A DNA stretch of 64,000 nt, taken from an uncultured cyanobacterium. Lineage in GTDB: Bacteria; Cyanobacteriota; Cyanobacteriia; Cyanobacteriales; Nostocaceae. Made by a program: the position numbers and the translations under genes. Of this stretch, positions 43,246 through 52,392 are shown in pieces (the first letter of the stretch is position 1; every line of letters starts with the position of its first letter). Below the pieces are notes generated by a model. The model saw nothing but the letters and a program-made list of their open reading frames with translations. It was not told where the DNA came from and did no database searches. The DNA lies in the NCBI GenBank assembly GCA_963740315.1, contig CAVUDP010000001.1, forward strand, positions 608,001 to 672,000, written 5' to 3'.

Positions 43246-43971
43246 TTATCCTTTATTATTTAATAGTAACCATCCCTTAGTAAATCGATCGCCAACCCAT
43301 TTCAAATATTTGAAAATTAAAAGAGGAATCGCGATCGCGCTGATGCTGGCTACTATGATGAATAAAATTATAAATTTATTGGCGATCGATTGGATTAAAT
43401 TACCGATTTCTCCCGTACCGAAAACTATTTCTTGTCCATATTCCTTTACAACATCAAGATTGGGAATAATCCCGACAATTTGTTTCAATTCTGACAATAT
43501 TTCAATATCGGTTTTTAAAAAAGTTTTTAAATTATCTAGATTAACTAAAGGTATGGTAAATCCGGGAATTGTAGGCATATCAATTTTAATATTATCTATC
43601 TCTATACGAAATATTGGAGCGGAATTATCAATAATTTTTACTTTTGGCTTCAAAGGTAAATTCGCATCGGGGATTTGAATGTCAGGTATTTTAATAGATT
43701 CAGGAATACTGCTGATTTTCTGAGAAACTTGAAATAAAGTAGCTTCTAAGTTGTCAATTGGTTGAACAGAACTATTTAAGGAATTAGTAGCTTGTTCTAA
43801 AGTAGTTACCATACTAATAAAAGTACTGTTAATTCGATTTACAGAACTGTTTACTAAATGGCTGACATCAAAAAAGATACTGAAAAAAATTATTATCCAA
43901 ACAATCGGGATTAAAGCATTAATAATTATGTACAAACCTTTAAGTTTTTTTAAGATCGTGTAAATAGTCAT
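43246..43971 (-). CDS. Hypothetical membrane protein (paralogue of downstream neighbour)
   Basis: Same architecture; 'LPLKPKV', 'MPTIPGF', C-terminal 'KGWLL'. Confidence 0.7.
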   Translation of the reverse strand: MTIYTILKKLKGLYIIINALIPIVWIIIFFSIFFDVSHLVNSSVNRINSTFISMVTTLEQATNSLNSSVQPIDNLEATLFQVSQKISSIPESIKIPDIQIPDANLPLKPKVKIIDNSAPIFRIEIDNIKIDMPTIPGFTIPLVNLDNLKTFLKTDIEILSELKQIVGIIPNLDVVKEYGQEIVFGTGEIGNLIQSIANKFIILFIIVASISAIAIPLLIFKYLKWVGDRFTKGWLLLNNKG

Positions 43972-44239
43972 ATTACTCCCACTGTTTAAATGTTATTTAT
44001 ATTTTAGTTAGATACTCTTAACACGTAACATATAATGGTGATTAATTTCAGGCAATCAAGTAGTTTTATGTAAAGTAAAGCAATTATAATTATTTTACGG
44101 AGTGATATCAAGTTAAGATGATTACTTATATATCTAAGCTTTAATAATTTATACCCGTATATTCAAGTTTATTGATGAATAAATCGGGAATAATCAACTA
44201 ATATATTAGATTTAGAGAATTAATAATTTTGGCGGCAAA

Positions 44240-44539
44240 ATGACTTTAGAAGAATTTAAGGAATCGATAGAAACATTGGAAAAATGTCCTGCTTCCTTAC
44301 CTTTACCGTTACAAGGTTTATGGTACGACAAAAAAGTTGGTTGGGACAAAGCACATGACTTGTTAGGAGACGCTAGCGATACAGATAGTGCTTGGGTTCA
44401 CGCATACTTACACCGTAGAGAGGGTGACTCGAATAATGCGATTTACTGGTATAAGCGTAGTGGTAAACCGGAATCTCAAGAAAGTTTAGACGAAGAATGG
44501 GATCGAATAGCTTCACAATTACTCGCAAAGGTTAAATAA
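44240..44539 (+). CDS. Conserved hypothetical protein
   Basis: 'WDKAH', 'AWVHAYLHRREGD..NA.YWY' conserved-looking motif. Confidence 0.8.
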   Translation: MTLEEFKESIETLEKCPASLPLPLQGLWYDKKVGWDKAHDLLGDASDTDSAWVHAYLHRREGDSNNAIYWYKRSGKPESQESLDEEWDRIASQLLAKVK

Positions 44540-44541
44540 AT

Positions 44542-44910
44542 ATGGATGCGAAGGAATTACAGCAACGTTATGACGCAGGGGAAAGAGATTTCTCAGGAGT
44601 TAATTTAGCATCTGTTAAGTTGATTGGTGCTGATTTAGTTGGGATCAATTTATTTGCTGCTGATTTAACAGATGCTAATTTAGCAAAAGCCAAATTATGG
44701 GGTGCTAATTTAGGAGGTGCAAACTTAGCAAATGCTAATTTAATCCGAGCCAATTTGAGCGGTGCAAATCTTAAAGATGCCAATCTCAGAGGAGCTAAAC
44801 TTAAATATACCAAAATTTATGGAGCTAATCTTCATAGAGCTTGCTACGATGACAGCACTCGTTTTACACCAAATTTTGACCCTATTAGTAATAAGATGCA
44901 AAAGTTTTGA
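44542..44910 (+). CDS. Pentapeptide repeat protein
   Basis: 'YDAGERDF' start followed by A(N/D)Lxx repeats. Confidence 0.9.
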   Translation: MDAKELQQRYDAGERDFSGVNLASVKLIGADLVGINLFAADLTDANLAKAKLWGANLGGANLANANLIRANLSGANLKDANLRGAKLKYTKIYGANLHRACYDDSTRFTPNFDPISNKMQKF

Positions 44911-44950
44911 AAATTTGAACAATTAAAATAAGAATAAAAAGAAAATCTTT

Positions 44951-45787
44951 TTAATCATCTTTAATAACCCACTGCACGGGGTCTAATTTATAATAATTTT
45001 GCAATAATTCATAAAGTGCTGAATGCTTTTTTTGTAACTGCTGCGGCTTTTCAAAAAACGTTTCGGTTGCTACTGAGAAAAATTCAGCGGGATGAGTTGC
45101 ACCATAACTATACATTACGGATTTTCTTTTTTGTTCCACATCATTACATAATTGCTTATACTCTTGTGTCATCACTTTAGACCAGTTTGAATAATCAGAA
45201 TTTTGTTGTAAAATCGGCACACCCTCAGCTTTTCCGTCTTCTTGATCTAATTGATGGGCAAATTCATGTAATACAACGTTTTGTCCATCTTTCCAATTAG
45301 AAGTATCTTGTTTCACCTGTTGCCAAGACAATATTAATTGGTCTTTACTCCAAGATTCTCCTAATCTGACAACGGGCTTTTCTTCAACTACATAGTTTCC
45401 CCTAACGGTAGTTTCTTTTGCAAAATAAGCTGTGGGATAAATTAAAATAGAACGCAATTTAGGAAAGTATTTTCCTCGCTCGTTGAGTATAAGCAAACAA
45501 GCAACAGCAGCAATAATAACTTTCATTTCTTCTGTTACCTGTAACCCGTTGCAACCGATAAATTGTTTTTCCGCTAAGAACACTTGAACGTGTCCCTGAA
45601 GTCGTCGTCTTTCGGTGGGGGAAAGATAAGGGTAAATCGGAAGATTATTCTCAATGATGGAATTCCATAGTGGTGGAAATGGACGGCGTTTTACACGGTT
45701 TCTTTGTTGTTTGATTAAAGTGGGGCTGAGTAAGATTGCGATGATGATGATTATGATTATGAGTAAAAATATGATTGCTTGGAGCAT
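44951..45787 (-). CDS. M90 family zinc peptidase (MtfA-like)
   Basis: 'GESW', 'NVVLHEFAHQLD', 'YGATHPAEFFSVATETFFEKP'. Confidence 0.9.
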   Translation of the reverse strand: MLQAIIFLLIIIIIIIAILLSPTLIKQQRNRVKRRPFPPLWNSIIENNLPIYPYLSPTERRRLQGHVQVFLAEKQFIGCNGLQVTEEMKVIIAAVACLLILNERGKYFPKLRSILIYPTAYFAKETTVRGNYVVEEKPVVRLGESWSKDQLILSWQQVKQDTSNWKDGQNVVLHEFAHQLDQEDGKAEGVPILQQNSDYSNWSKVMTQEYKQLCNDVEQKRKSVMYSYGATHPAEFFSVATETFFEKPQQLQKKHSALYELLQNYYKLDPVQWVIKDD

Positions 45788-46048
45788 TTTATAAGTAAGG
45801 TGGATAACGGTAGTAATTGGATAATAAGATATCTATTTTTACCGTAACTCACCCGAATATAAGATGGTGTGAAGAAATGCAAAACGCCCGCAGGAACCTG
45901 CGTGGGCTAATTAAGTTATCAATATAGATACGAATAGAACCTTAATTTATACAGAAAACTACTTATTCACAATCTCAGTAAATACTCGGCGCGTATATCT
46001 TGCAAACTAGGCTAAATTATAATCTAGTCGCGAATAATTTTAATATAA

Positions 46049-46933
46049 ATGATTTTTTTAAATAATAAATTTTCTAAGTATTTCCGTATCAAAGAATTAT
46101 GTATTGTTTGTTTTGTAATGCTTAGTGGCTGTACTTTTGCTAATTCAGCCGATACCCCGTCTAAACCTGAATCTCCTTCTTCACAGTCATTAGATTTTAA
46201 GACTATTAAAAATCGGGATAATCAAAAAGATGTGTTAGAAGAATGGATGCAGGAATGGAGTGTGAGAAAAAAAGGTAAATGGGGAGTTGAAAATATATCT
46301 TTAGTTAAAGATTCGAGCGATAAATTTGGTCAAGTATTGCGAGTGCGTTATCCTGCTGGTTCTGTAAGTCCAAGTGTTTCGAGAAAAAATAATGTTTCGA
46401 TTGGGGGCGCTCAATTTTTTGCCGATTTGGGGATGTCTCCAAATTCTTTACGCTTAAGTTATTACCTCCGTTTCTCGGAAAATTTCGATTTTGTTAAAGG
46501 CGGAAAATTACCTGGTTTATTTGGAGGTACAGAGGTTAGTGGGGGTGAAAAACCCGATGGTACTAACGGCTTTTCTACACGTTTTATGTGGCGAAAAAAT
46601 GGCGATGGTGAACTTTACGCTTATCTCCCCAGCAGTAAGAAATATGGTACTTCTATTGGTAGGGGAAATTGGCAATTTGTTCCCGGTAAATGGCATCATT
46701 TAGAACAGGAAGTAAAGTTAAATCAGCCTGGTAGTAATAATGGTCAAGTCACGGTTTGGTTAGATGGTAAAAAAGTTTTAGACGAACGCGAAATAACTTT
46801 TCGTACTACTGACGCTTTGAAGATTGAAGGAATATTTTTCTCTACTTTTTTTGGTGGAGGTGATGCTTCTTGGGCTACTCCTAAAGATGTATTTGTAGAC
46901 TTTGCAAAATTTTCGGTTAATGAAGTTAATTGA
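46049..46933 (+). CDS. Polysaccharide lyase, PL14 (alginate lyase)-like lipoprotein
   Basis: Lipobox-like LSGC; 'FDFVKGGKLPGL', 'FSTRFMWR', 'FFSTFFGG'. Confidence 0.8.
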   Translation: MIFLNNKFSKYFRIKELCIVCFVMLSGCTFANSADTPSKPESPSSQSLDFKTIKNRDNQKDVLEEWMQEWSVRKKGKWGVENISLVKDSSDKFGQVLRVRYPAGSVSPSVSRKNNVSIGGAQFFADLGMSPNSLRLSYYLRFSENFDFVKGGKLPGLFGGTEVSGGEKPDGTNGFSTRFMWRKNGDGELYAYLPSSKKYGTSIGRGNWQFVPGKWHHLEQEVKLNQPGSNNGQVTVWLDGKKVLDEREITFRTTDALKIEGIFFSTFFGGGDASWATPKDVFVDFAKFSVNEVN

Positions 46934-46971
46934 CCAAAAAATTAGGGAGTAGCGAGTCTAATTGGGTATTT

Positions 46972-47396
46972 TACCTGGCGACTAGAAGTCGCGGCTACAC
47001 AAGCGAAACCCGCCTGCGCGGGTTATGAATTAAATAGTCCATGTCGCCTTTGTAGTAGCACTTAGTGCCGGATACTTTTAAAACATCCTCTAAAAAGAGA
47101 CAAGCTATAGCAATCCTAAATGATTTATAAGAAATTGATAAATCAACTGGCGCTTTATTACCGCTACTACACAAACGAAGTCCCTTCGGGTAAGGCTAAC
47201 GCCTCGCTTCGCTAACGCTAGTTTTGGGGACGGAAACCGACACCCCTTTCCTTGACTCACCACCTACGTGGACTCAATCAAATAACCCGCGCAGGCGGGT
47301 TTTGCCTGTGTAGACGCGACTTCTAGTCGCCAGGTATGATTATTATTTCAATCCTACATCTATGTGTTTTCTCACGTTCAAATTCGGATTGCTATA
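46972..47396. mobile_element. Nested cluster of small repeats/MITEs
   Basis: ~55-bp inverted pair 46972-47026/47282-47336; TATAGCAATCC/GGATTGCTATA TIR pair 47106/47396; interrupted palindrome 47167-47274. Confidence 0.7.
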
Positions 47397-47418
47397 TATA
47401 ATCCAAAATCGAATCGCA

Positions 47419-49476
47419 TTATAAATGAGTGATGTATTCCATTTTTACTTCTTGAGTTTGACGCATAATCACCGAGCGATCGCCATTTAATCCAAAATCA
47501 AGATTATTCAGTTTTGCTTGCTCTACTTTTTCTAAAACAATACCTTTAATAGTCTTTTTGTCTTCTTGAGCAGATAAATCCACCAGTGTAAATTCACCCA
47601 AACGGATATTTTTGATAATATTTTCTGTCGTCGGACGAACCAAAATTGCGGCTTCTCCAATTTGAGAATTAAAGTTAGCTTGCAAGATGGTTCTTCCTAT
47701 ACCTTGTCCTTTAATAACTGTGTTGCTGCGGTTGATTTCCAACGGTTTGGATAAGTCTATTTCGCCAATTGGTAAATTAATTTGAATTTTGCCATCAGTT
47801 GGTAAACCGTTGATGATAGCTTGGAGTGAAGCCGAATCATCTTTTCCATCGCTAGGAAAAACATCTTTATCAATGGCTTGAATAATTTGCACGGGAGGGG
47901 ATAATGCATAAACCTGCTTGTTCCACAACAGTCCGGCTATATCTTCTACCGGATTAATTATATTTGCTAACGATAATAAAATAATTACAAAACCGATCGT
48001 TTGGGTGACAATCAGAAACTGGGAAGTACCAACTTTAGTCAACCGCACCCATCCGGTACCTTCAGCTGAAATGCTTTGATTGCCGCGATTTTTCCATTTT
48101 TGTTGAGCAAGATTCATCTGCGTCCAAATTTTGACAAGTGAAGCAGCCCATTGAGATATGATAAAAATCGGCAGATGAATTGGTTTTAGATGAGACTTGC
48201 GACCTGAAAAGATAATAATCAACAATAAAGGACGAGTAAATAAAATCCAACTGCTAATTAATGCTATACCCAACCACTGCCTTTGAAGTAGAGTTATTAA
48301 TAATAGACTAGGGGTAAGTAAAGTAGTCCAATAGCTAATCCTTTGGTCAATTAAACACCACCACATAAACCAGCCGTTTTTCCCCGGACCAAGCGCGATC
48401 GCTCTATCGCTATTTCGCAGCATATTACCATACCAGCGCCGCATATTTTGATAGGCTCGGTCTGCTAAAGAACCAGAAATTGTTTCAATTGAATAAACAA
48501 TTACGTCTGGGACATAAATCATGTCATAGCCGTGTTTGAGCAGCCAAAACCAGGTACTTTTGTCGTCTCCCGAAAGAAATTTGAACTGTCCCCAAAGCCA
48601 ATCATCTAAGGTATCTGTTTCCAGTTGATCTGCAAATGACGGTGAGAGAGCGCATCGACCGCGAAACAGTGAAAACCGACCAGTTAAACACATTACCTTC
48701 CGTGACAGCGATACCGAACACATTTGATAATGTCTTTGCGATAAGCGTAAGTGAAACCACTCAGAAAATAGATAAGAACCTTCAACAACTGGTAATTCAT
48801 CTGTAGTTAGTGCTGCCATTTTAGGAAACATCCGAAAAAAGGGTAAGCACTTATGTAAAGTCCCCGGTGTAATCTCCGAATCTCCATCCATCAAAGCAAC
48901 GACGGTATCATCAGGTAAATTATGACGAGCTAGTTCTCGTAAAGCATCCGCCATCGCTTTGCGCTTACCTTCACCAGTCTGCACCATCTGAATTAAGCGA
49001 ATTGAACTTAAATCCGGATCTACCGATTCTAAAGCTAATTTAACAGCAGCATTTTCTTCATCGCTAGAAGCAGTCACAAGCAAAGTGATGGGATGAGCCA
49101 GAGTTTTTGCTTCCTTGGCGATCGCTTCAAATACCCGCTGAGTAATCCAGGGTTTCTCCTTATAAGTTGGAACTAAAAAGCACATTGGCGGCAAATCTTC
49201 TAGGGGAATTTTATTAGCTCGTTTCCGCCACCGGGGAAATACCAAAAACAGAAAAATTCGCGATCGCAATACTTGCAACCCCCACCAAGACCAGCGCCAG
49301 GTGCCGATAATCCCCATAGTTGCTAAACCAGATAAGCGGATTGCAGCTAATTCATGTGGATTGCGAAACCAGTGTAACCCAATGAACCCCAGGGCAACAA
49401 TAAATACAACCCCCAACCAGTTCAAGTAAGGTAAAAGCGTTTTTCCCTTGAGATGCTTCGGAGAATTATTAATCAT
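47419..49476 (-). CDS. Alg8-like GT2 processive glycosyltransferase (mannuronan synthase-like) with C-terminal beta-helix-like extension
   Basis: 'GKRKAMA', 'MDGD', 'LTGRFSLFR', 'FLSGDDKSTWF', 'RRWYGNMLR', 'DQRISYWT' resemble Alg8; C-terminal 'DGKDDSASLQAIIN'. Confidence 0.78.
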   Translation of the reverse strand: MINNSPKHLKGKTLLPYLNWLGVVFIVALGFIGLHWFRNPHELAAIRLSGLATMGIIGTWRWSWWGLQVLRSRIFLFLVFPRWRKRANKIPLEDLPPMCFLVPTYKEKPWITQRVFEAIAKEAKTLAHPITLLVTASSDEENAAVKLALESVDPDLSSIRLIQMVQTGEGKRKAMADALRELARHNLPDDTVVALMDGDSEITPGTLHKCLPFFRMFPKMAALTTDELPVVEGSYLFSEWFHLRLSQRHYQMCSVSLSRKVMCLTGRFSLFRGRCALSPSFADQLETDTLDDWLWGQFKFLSGDDKSTWFWLLKHGYDMIYVPDVIVYSIETISGSLADRAYQNMRRWYGNMLRNSDRAIALGPGKNGWFMWWCLIDQRISYWTTLLTPSLLLITLLQRQWLGIALISSWILFTRPLLLIIIFSGRKSHLKPIHLPIFIISQWAASLVKIWTQMNLAQQKWKNRGNQSISAEGTGWVRLTKVGTSQFLIVTQTIGFVIILLSLANIINPVEDIAGLLWNKQVYALSPPVQIIQAIDKDVFPSDGKDDSASLQAIINGLPTDGKIQINLPIGEIDLSKPLEINRSNTVIKGQGIGRTILQANFNSQIGEAAILVRPTTENIIKNIRLGEFTLVDLSAQEDKKTIKGIVLEKVEQAKLNNLDFGLNGDRSVIMRQTQEVKMEYITHL

Positions 49477-49505
49477 AATTTAAACCTAAATTTCTTATAG
49501 ACAAT

Positions 49506-50906
49506 TTATTTCTGACTAAATGTCACCTGTGCCGATTGTCCGATACCGCAGAATCTCTGCGACTGTGTATGAAGATTTGTTTGGGGAATTTTTACCGTTA
49601 CCCGCATTAAAGATTGTCCGACTAAATTCGGTGGAATTACAGAAGAAAGAGCCTTAATGTCCACACCTTGAGACTGTTGATTAATACTTTGAACGCTGCC
49701 AAGGGGCTGGATAATATCAATTTCGCCGGAAAAGGTTTGCTTTGTACTAGATAATTTAACTTTAGCTGCTTTATTTGTATCGATACGAATAGCATCATCA
49801 GCCTTCATTACTGTTTCCACCCACAAATCGTTGCAGTTGAGTAGAGTTAAAATTGGTTGTAAATTGCTTACCTGTTCGCCCTGCTCGCTGTGTGTAGTGT
49901 AAACAACACCACCGAAGGGTGCTTGCACTGTTTGAGGTTGGGAATTGGACTGTATTTTTTGAGGTATCGTTACGGGAGCAACGCGATTTTTTGAGAGAGT
50001 TAAACTTTGATTGAGTTGCAGCTTGCTACTACTGACTTTAGCCCCTAAAGTATTCACCATCATTTGTTGCTCTTGAATTGCTTGTTGCAACTTCAATCGC
50101 TGTTGGGAAAGACTATTATCAAGATTGTTTTGATTGCTTAAAGCAACGCCTCTTTTAGCACCATCTAACGCCGTTTGAGCGGAACGTAGAGCAGCTTGTG
50201 CTTGGTTTACTTGTGCATCAGCTGCTTGTGAAGCAAACCGCAAGTTTTCTACTTTTTGTTGAGATACTGCACCCTGTACTTGCAATTTTTGGAACCTTTG
50301 GTAATCCAAACGAGCTGCTGTAGCTTCGGCTAGAGCTGATTTAACAGCAGCTTGTTTTTGACTGACTGTTTCGATTGCAAGCTTCACATCTACTGCTTGT
50401 ACCGCTTGATATTGATTTTCTAGCGTTTTTAATTGCTTTTTCAGAAAATCCAAAGACTGTCTTGCTGCGATTAACTCAGCCTGATTGGATTGTACTTCCC
50501 CAGCTAATTGCTCCCGTGCCAGTTTCCTTTGGATTTGTTCATCTTCTGCTCGTGCTAACTGCAAACCAAATTGTTTTTCCTGATATTGTTCTTGAGGAAC
50601 CACCTCCGGATTAATACGGGCTAATACCTGTCCAGATTTTACTTTGATGCCCGGTTTAGCATAAAAAGCCTTGAGATTGCCATTCTTCGGAGCGGTTAAT
50701 CGAACAGTTCTGCCGTTAACTACCCCACCATCCACAACTATATGTGTCAGACGGTAGTTAATTGATGCCATACCTACAGTTGTTGCCGTTACCCCTAGTC
50801 CAACAAAAATTGTTCCTAATAATAAACGTTTCCATTTAAATGATTTTTTCTCAACATCAGGAGATGGTATCCATACTTCTGATTTTTCATTAGGTAAATT
50901 AACCAT
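49506..50906 (-). CDS. HlyD-family membrane-fusion protein, Alg44-like by context
   Basis: Single N-terminal TM, lipoyl halves 'APKNG..GQVLARI' and 'APFGGVV...GEQV', long coiled coil; 29 bp upstream of the Alg8-like gene. Confidence 0.75.
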   Translation of the reverse strand: MVNLPNEKSEVWIPSPDVEKKSFKWKRLLLGTIFVGLGVTATTVGMASINYRLTHIVVDGGVVNGRTVRLTAPKNGNLKAFYAKPGIKVKSGQVLARINPEVVPQEQYQEKQFGLQLARAEDEQIQRKLAREQLAGEVQSNQAELIAARQSLDFLKKQLKTLENQYQAVQAVDVKLAIETVSQKQAAVKSALAEATAARLDYQRFQKLQVQGAVSQQKVENLRFASQAADAQVNQAQAALRSAQTALDGAKRGVALSNQNNLDNSLSQQRLKLQQAIQEQQMMVNTLGAKVSSSKLQLNQSLTLSKNRVAPVTIPQKIQSNSQPQTVQAPFGGVVYTTHSEQGEQVSNLQPILTLLNCNDLWVETVMKADDAIRIDTNKAAKVKLSSTKQTFSGEIDIIQPLGSVQSINQQSQGVDIKALSSVIPPNLVGQSLMRVTVKIPQTNLHTQSQRFCGIGQSAQVTFSQK

Positions 50907-51370
50907 GTTTATTATCGTTGTTTATTTTAATATCTAGATCGTATTTTATTTTTCAGTAGAATAACGTAGTTTTTTGTAAAGTTTAGAAAAATACTTTGTT
51001 AAATATCTAGTAATTAATTAGACTTTTAATGTTGATGTATATCTACTAAGATTATAGTTATTAAAATCCTTATGTCTAAAGAGCAGCTTGCATACTTTAA
51101 GGTTATAAGGTTTGTCAAGATGAATTTAGAGTTATTTTACTCGCAAAGCTGTTTTGCTTATTTTAGATAGATTGCAATTAATATTTGATTTTTTATAAAG
51201 TCAGATTAAATAGGAATAATTGAGTTTTTAAGATTACTAAGGAAGCGTTTTATATAGAATAGATAATTGTGTTTGTTTTTAGGTACAAATATAGTTATGT
51301 TTAAATAGCCGATTGTCCTTTCTTATAAAAAAATATCTCTCGTTCAATCTTCTATCTGTGCCAGTAAACT

Positions 51371-51529
51371 TTAAGAGGATACGCGGGAAAGTTATAAATA
51401 AAACTTAGAGATTTTAAGATCCCCCTAAATTCCCTGATTAATTCAGAGACTTAAACCCCCCTTTTATAAGGGGGGAAGGGGGGATCATCCGAGAATTGCG
51501 TTAAAAACGATACTTTTTAAATTCTCTAA
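51371..51529. mobile_element. Degenerate copy of the CCCCCTAAAT MITE-like element
   Basis: GATCCCCCTAAATTCCC...AAGGGGGGAAGGGGGGATC core with degenerate TIR-like ends. Confidence 0.45.
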
Positions 51530-51540
51530 ATATGTGCTTG

Positions 51541-51670
51541 CAGTCGTCGGTGTTGAATAGGAGAAAGATGATTATTTTAATGATGGAATTCCGAAGTGGT
51601 GGAAATAGATGATGTTTTAAACGTTTCGTTTTAGTTTAATTAGAGTGGGGTTGGGTAAGATTGCGATCGC
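51541..51670 (-). pseudogene. Degenerate duplicate fragment of the 5' part of the M90 peptidase gene
   Basis: Aligns by eye with 45600-45742 (AATGATGGAATTCC..AGTGGTGGAAAT...GTGGGG..G.GTAAGATTGCGAT) and contains indels. Confidence 0.75.
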
Positions 51671-51672
51671 GA

Positions 51673-51927
51673 TTAATAACGAGATTCTTCCTTATAAGCA
51701 GCAAATTCAGCGTCTAAAGATTCTTTATTAGCGTAATAATGCGCCAAAGCACTGTATATTCCTGCTAATGTCAGATATGGCTTATCTTCAAGAATTTCTT
51801 CCGGTGTAATACCAGCTTTTATTTCCGTAACAATATATTGAACTGTAATACGACTTCCAGCAATACGCGCACGCCCACCACAAGTTCCCGGTGTCCGAAC
51901 AATCAGCGTTCCAATGTCACTTTTCAT
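51673..51927 (-). CDS. DUF433 (antitoxin-like) protein
   Basis: 'PGTCGGRARIAGSRITV', 'G.TPEEI', 'IYSALAHYY'. Confidence 0.9.
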   Translation of the reverse strand: MKSDIGTLIVRTPGTCGGRARIAGSRITVQYIVTEIKAGITPEEILEDKPYLTLAGIYSALAHYYANKESLDAEFAAYKEESRY

Positions 51928-51964
51928 GATTTAATTCCTTTTCTAAATCCCAAAAAAGCAGCTA

Positions 51965-52387
51965 TCACTGAGTCCAATCTTCCAAAGATAAATTAGGTAC
52001 TTTACCAAAGTCTTTATAATTGCGTGTAACAACAATTGACTCATTTGCTATAGCTATCGAAGCAATTCTTAAGTCTTGGGTGCCTATTTTTATTTTCTGC
52101 TGGCGCAAATTTTGATAACAATCATACGCTGCATCATCAAAATCTAACAAATTTACGTTGCAGAAGTAAACTAAAGTATTTCGCAGGTTTTTATAGGCAA
52201 TAGCGAGTTTTTCAGGCTGAGTAGCAACTCTGCTGATAGCGGCAAGTCTACCTCGAAATTGTTCTTCAAGGGTGACAGTTGTAACAGATATATTAGAACC
52301 ACCTACTGTTTTGGCACGCTGTACAATTTTAGGATGATTATGTTGAAACAAAGTTACATGGTCGGTATCAAGAATATATTGACTCAC
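51965..52387 (-). CDS. vapC: PIN-domain (VapC family) toxin
   Basis: 'YILDTDH', 'EEQ', 'IGTQDLRIASIA', 'VTRNYKDF'; GTG start. Confidence 0.9.
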   Translation of the reverse strand: MSQYILDTDHVTLFQHNHPKIVQRAKTVGGSNISVTTVTLEEQFRGRLAAISRVATQPEKLAIAYKNLRNTLVYFCNVNLLDFDDAAYDCYQNLRQQKIKIGTQDLRIASIAIANESIVVTRNYKDFGKVPNLSLEDWTQ

Positions 52388-52392
52388 GCTGA

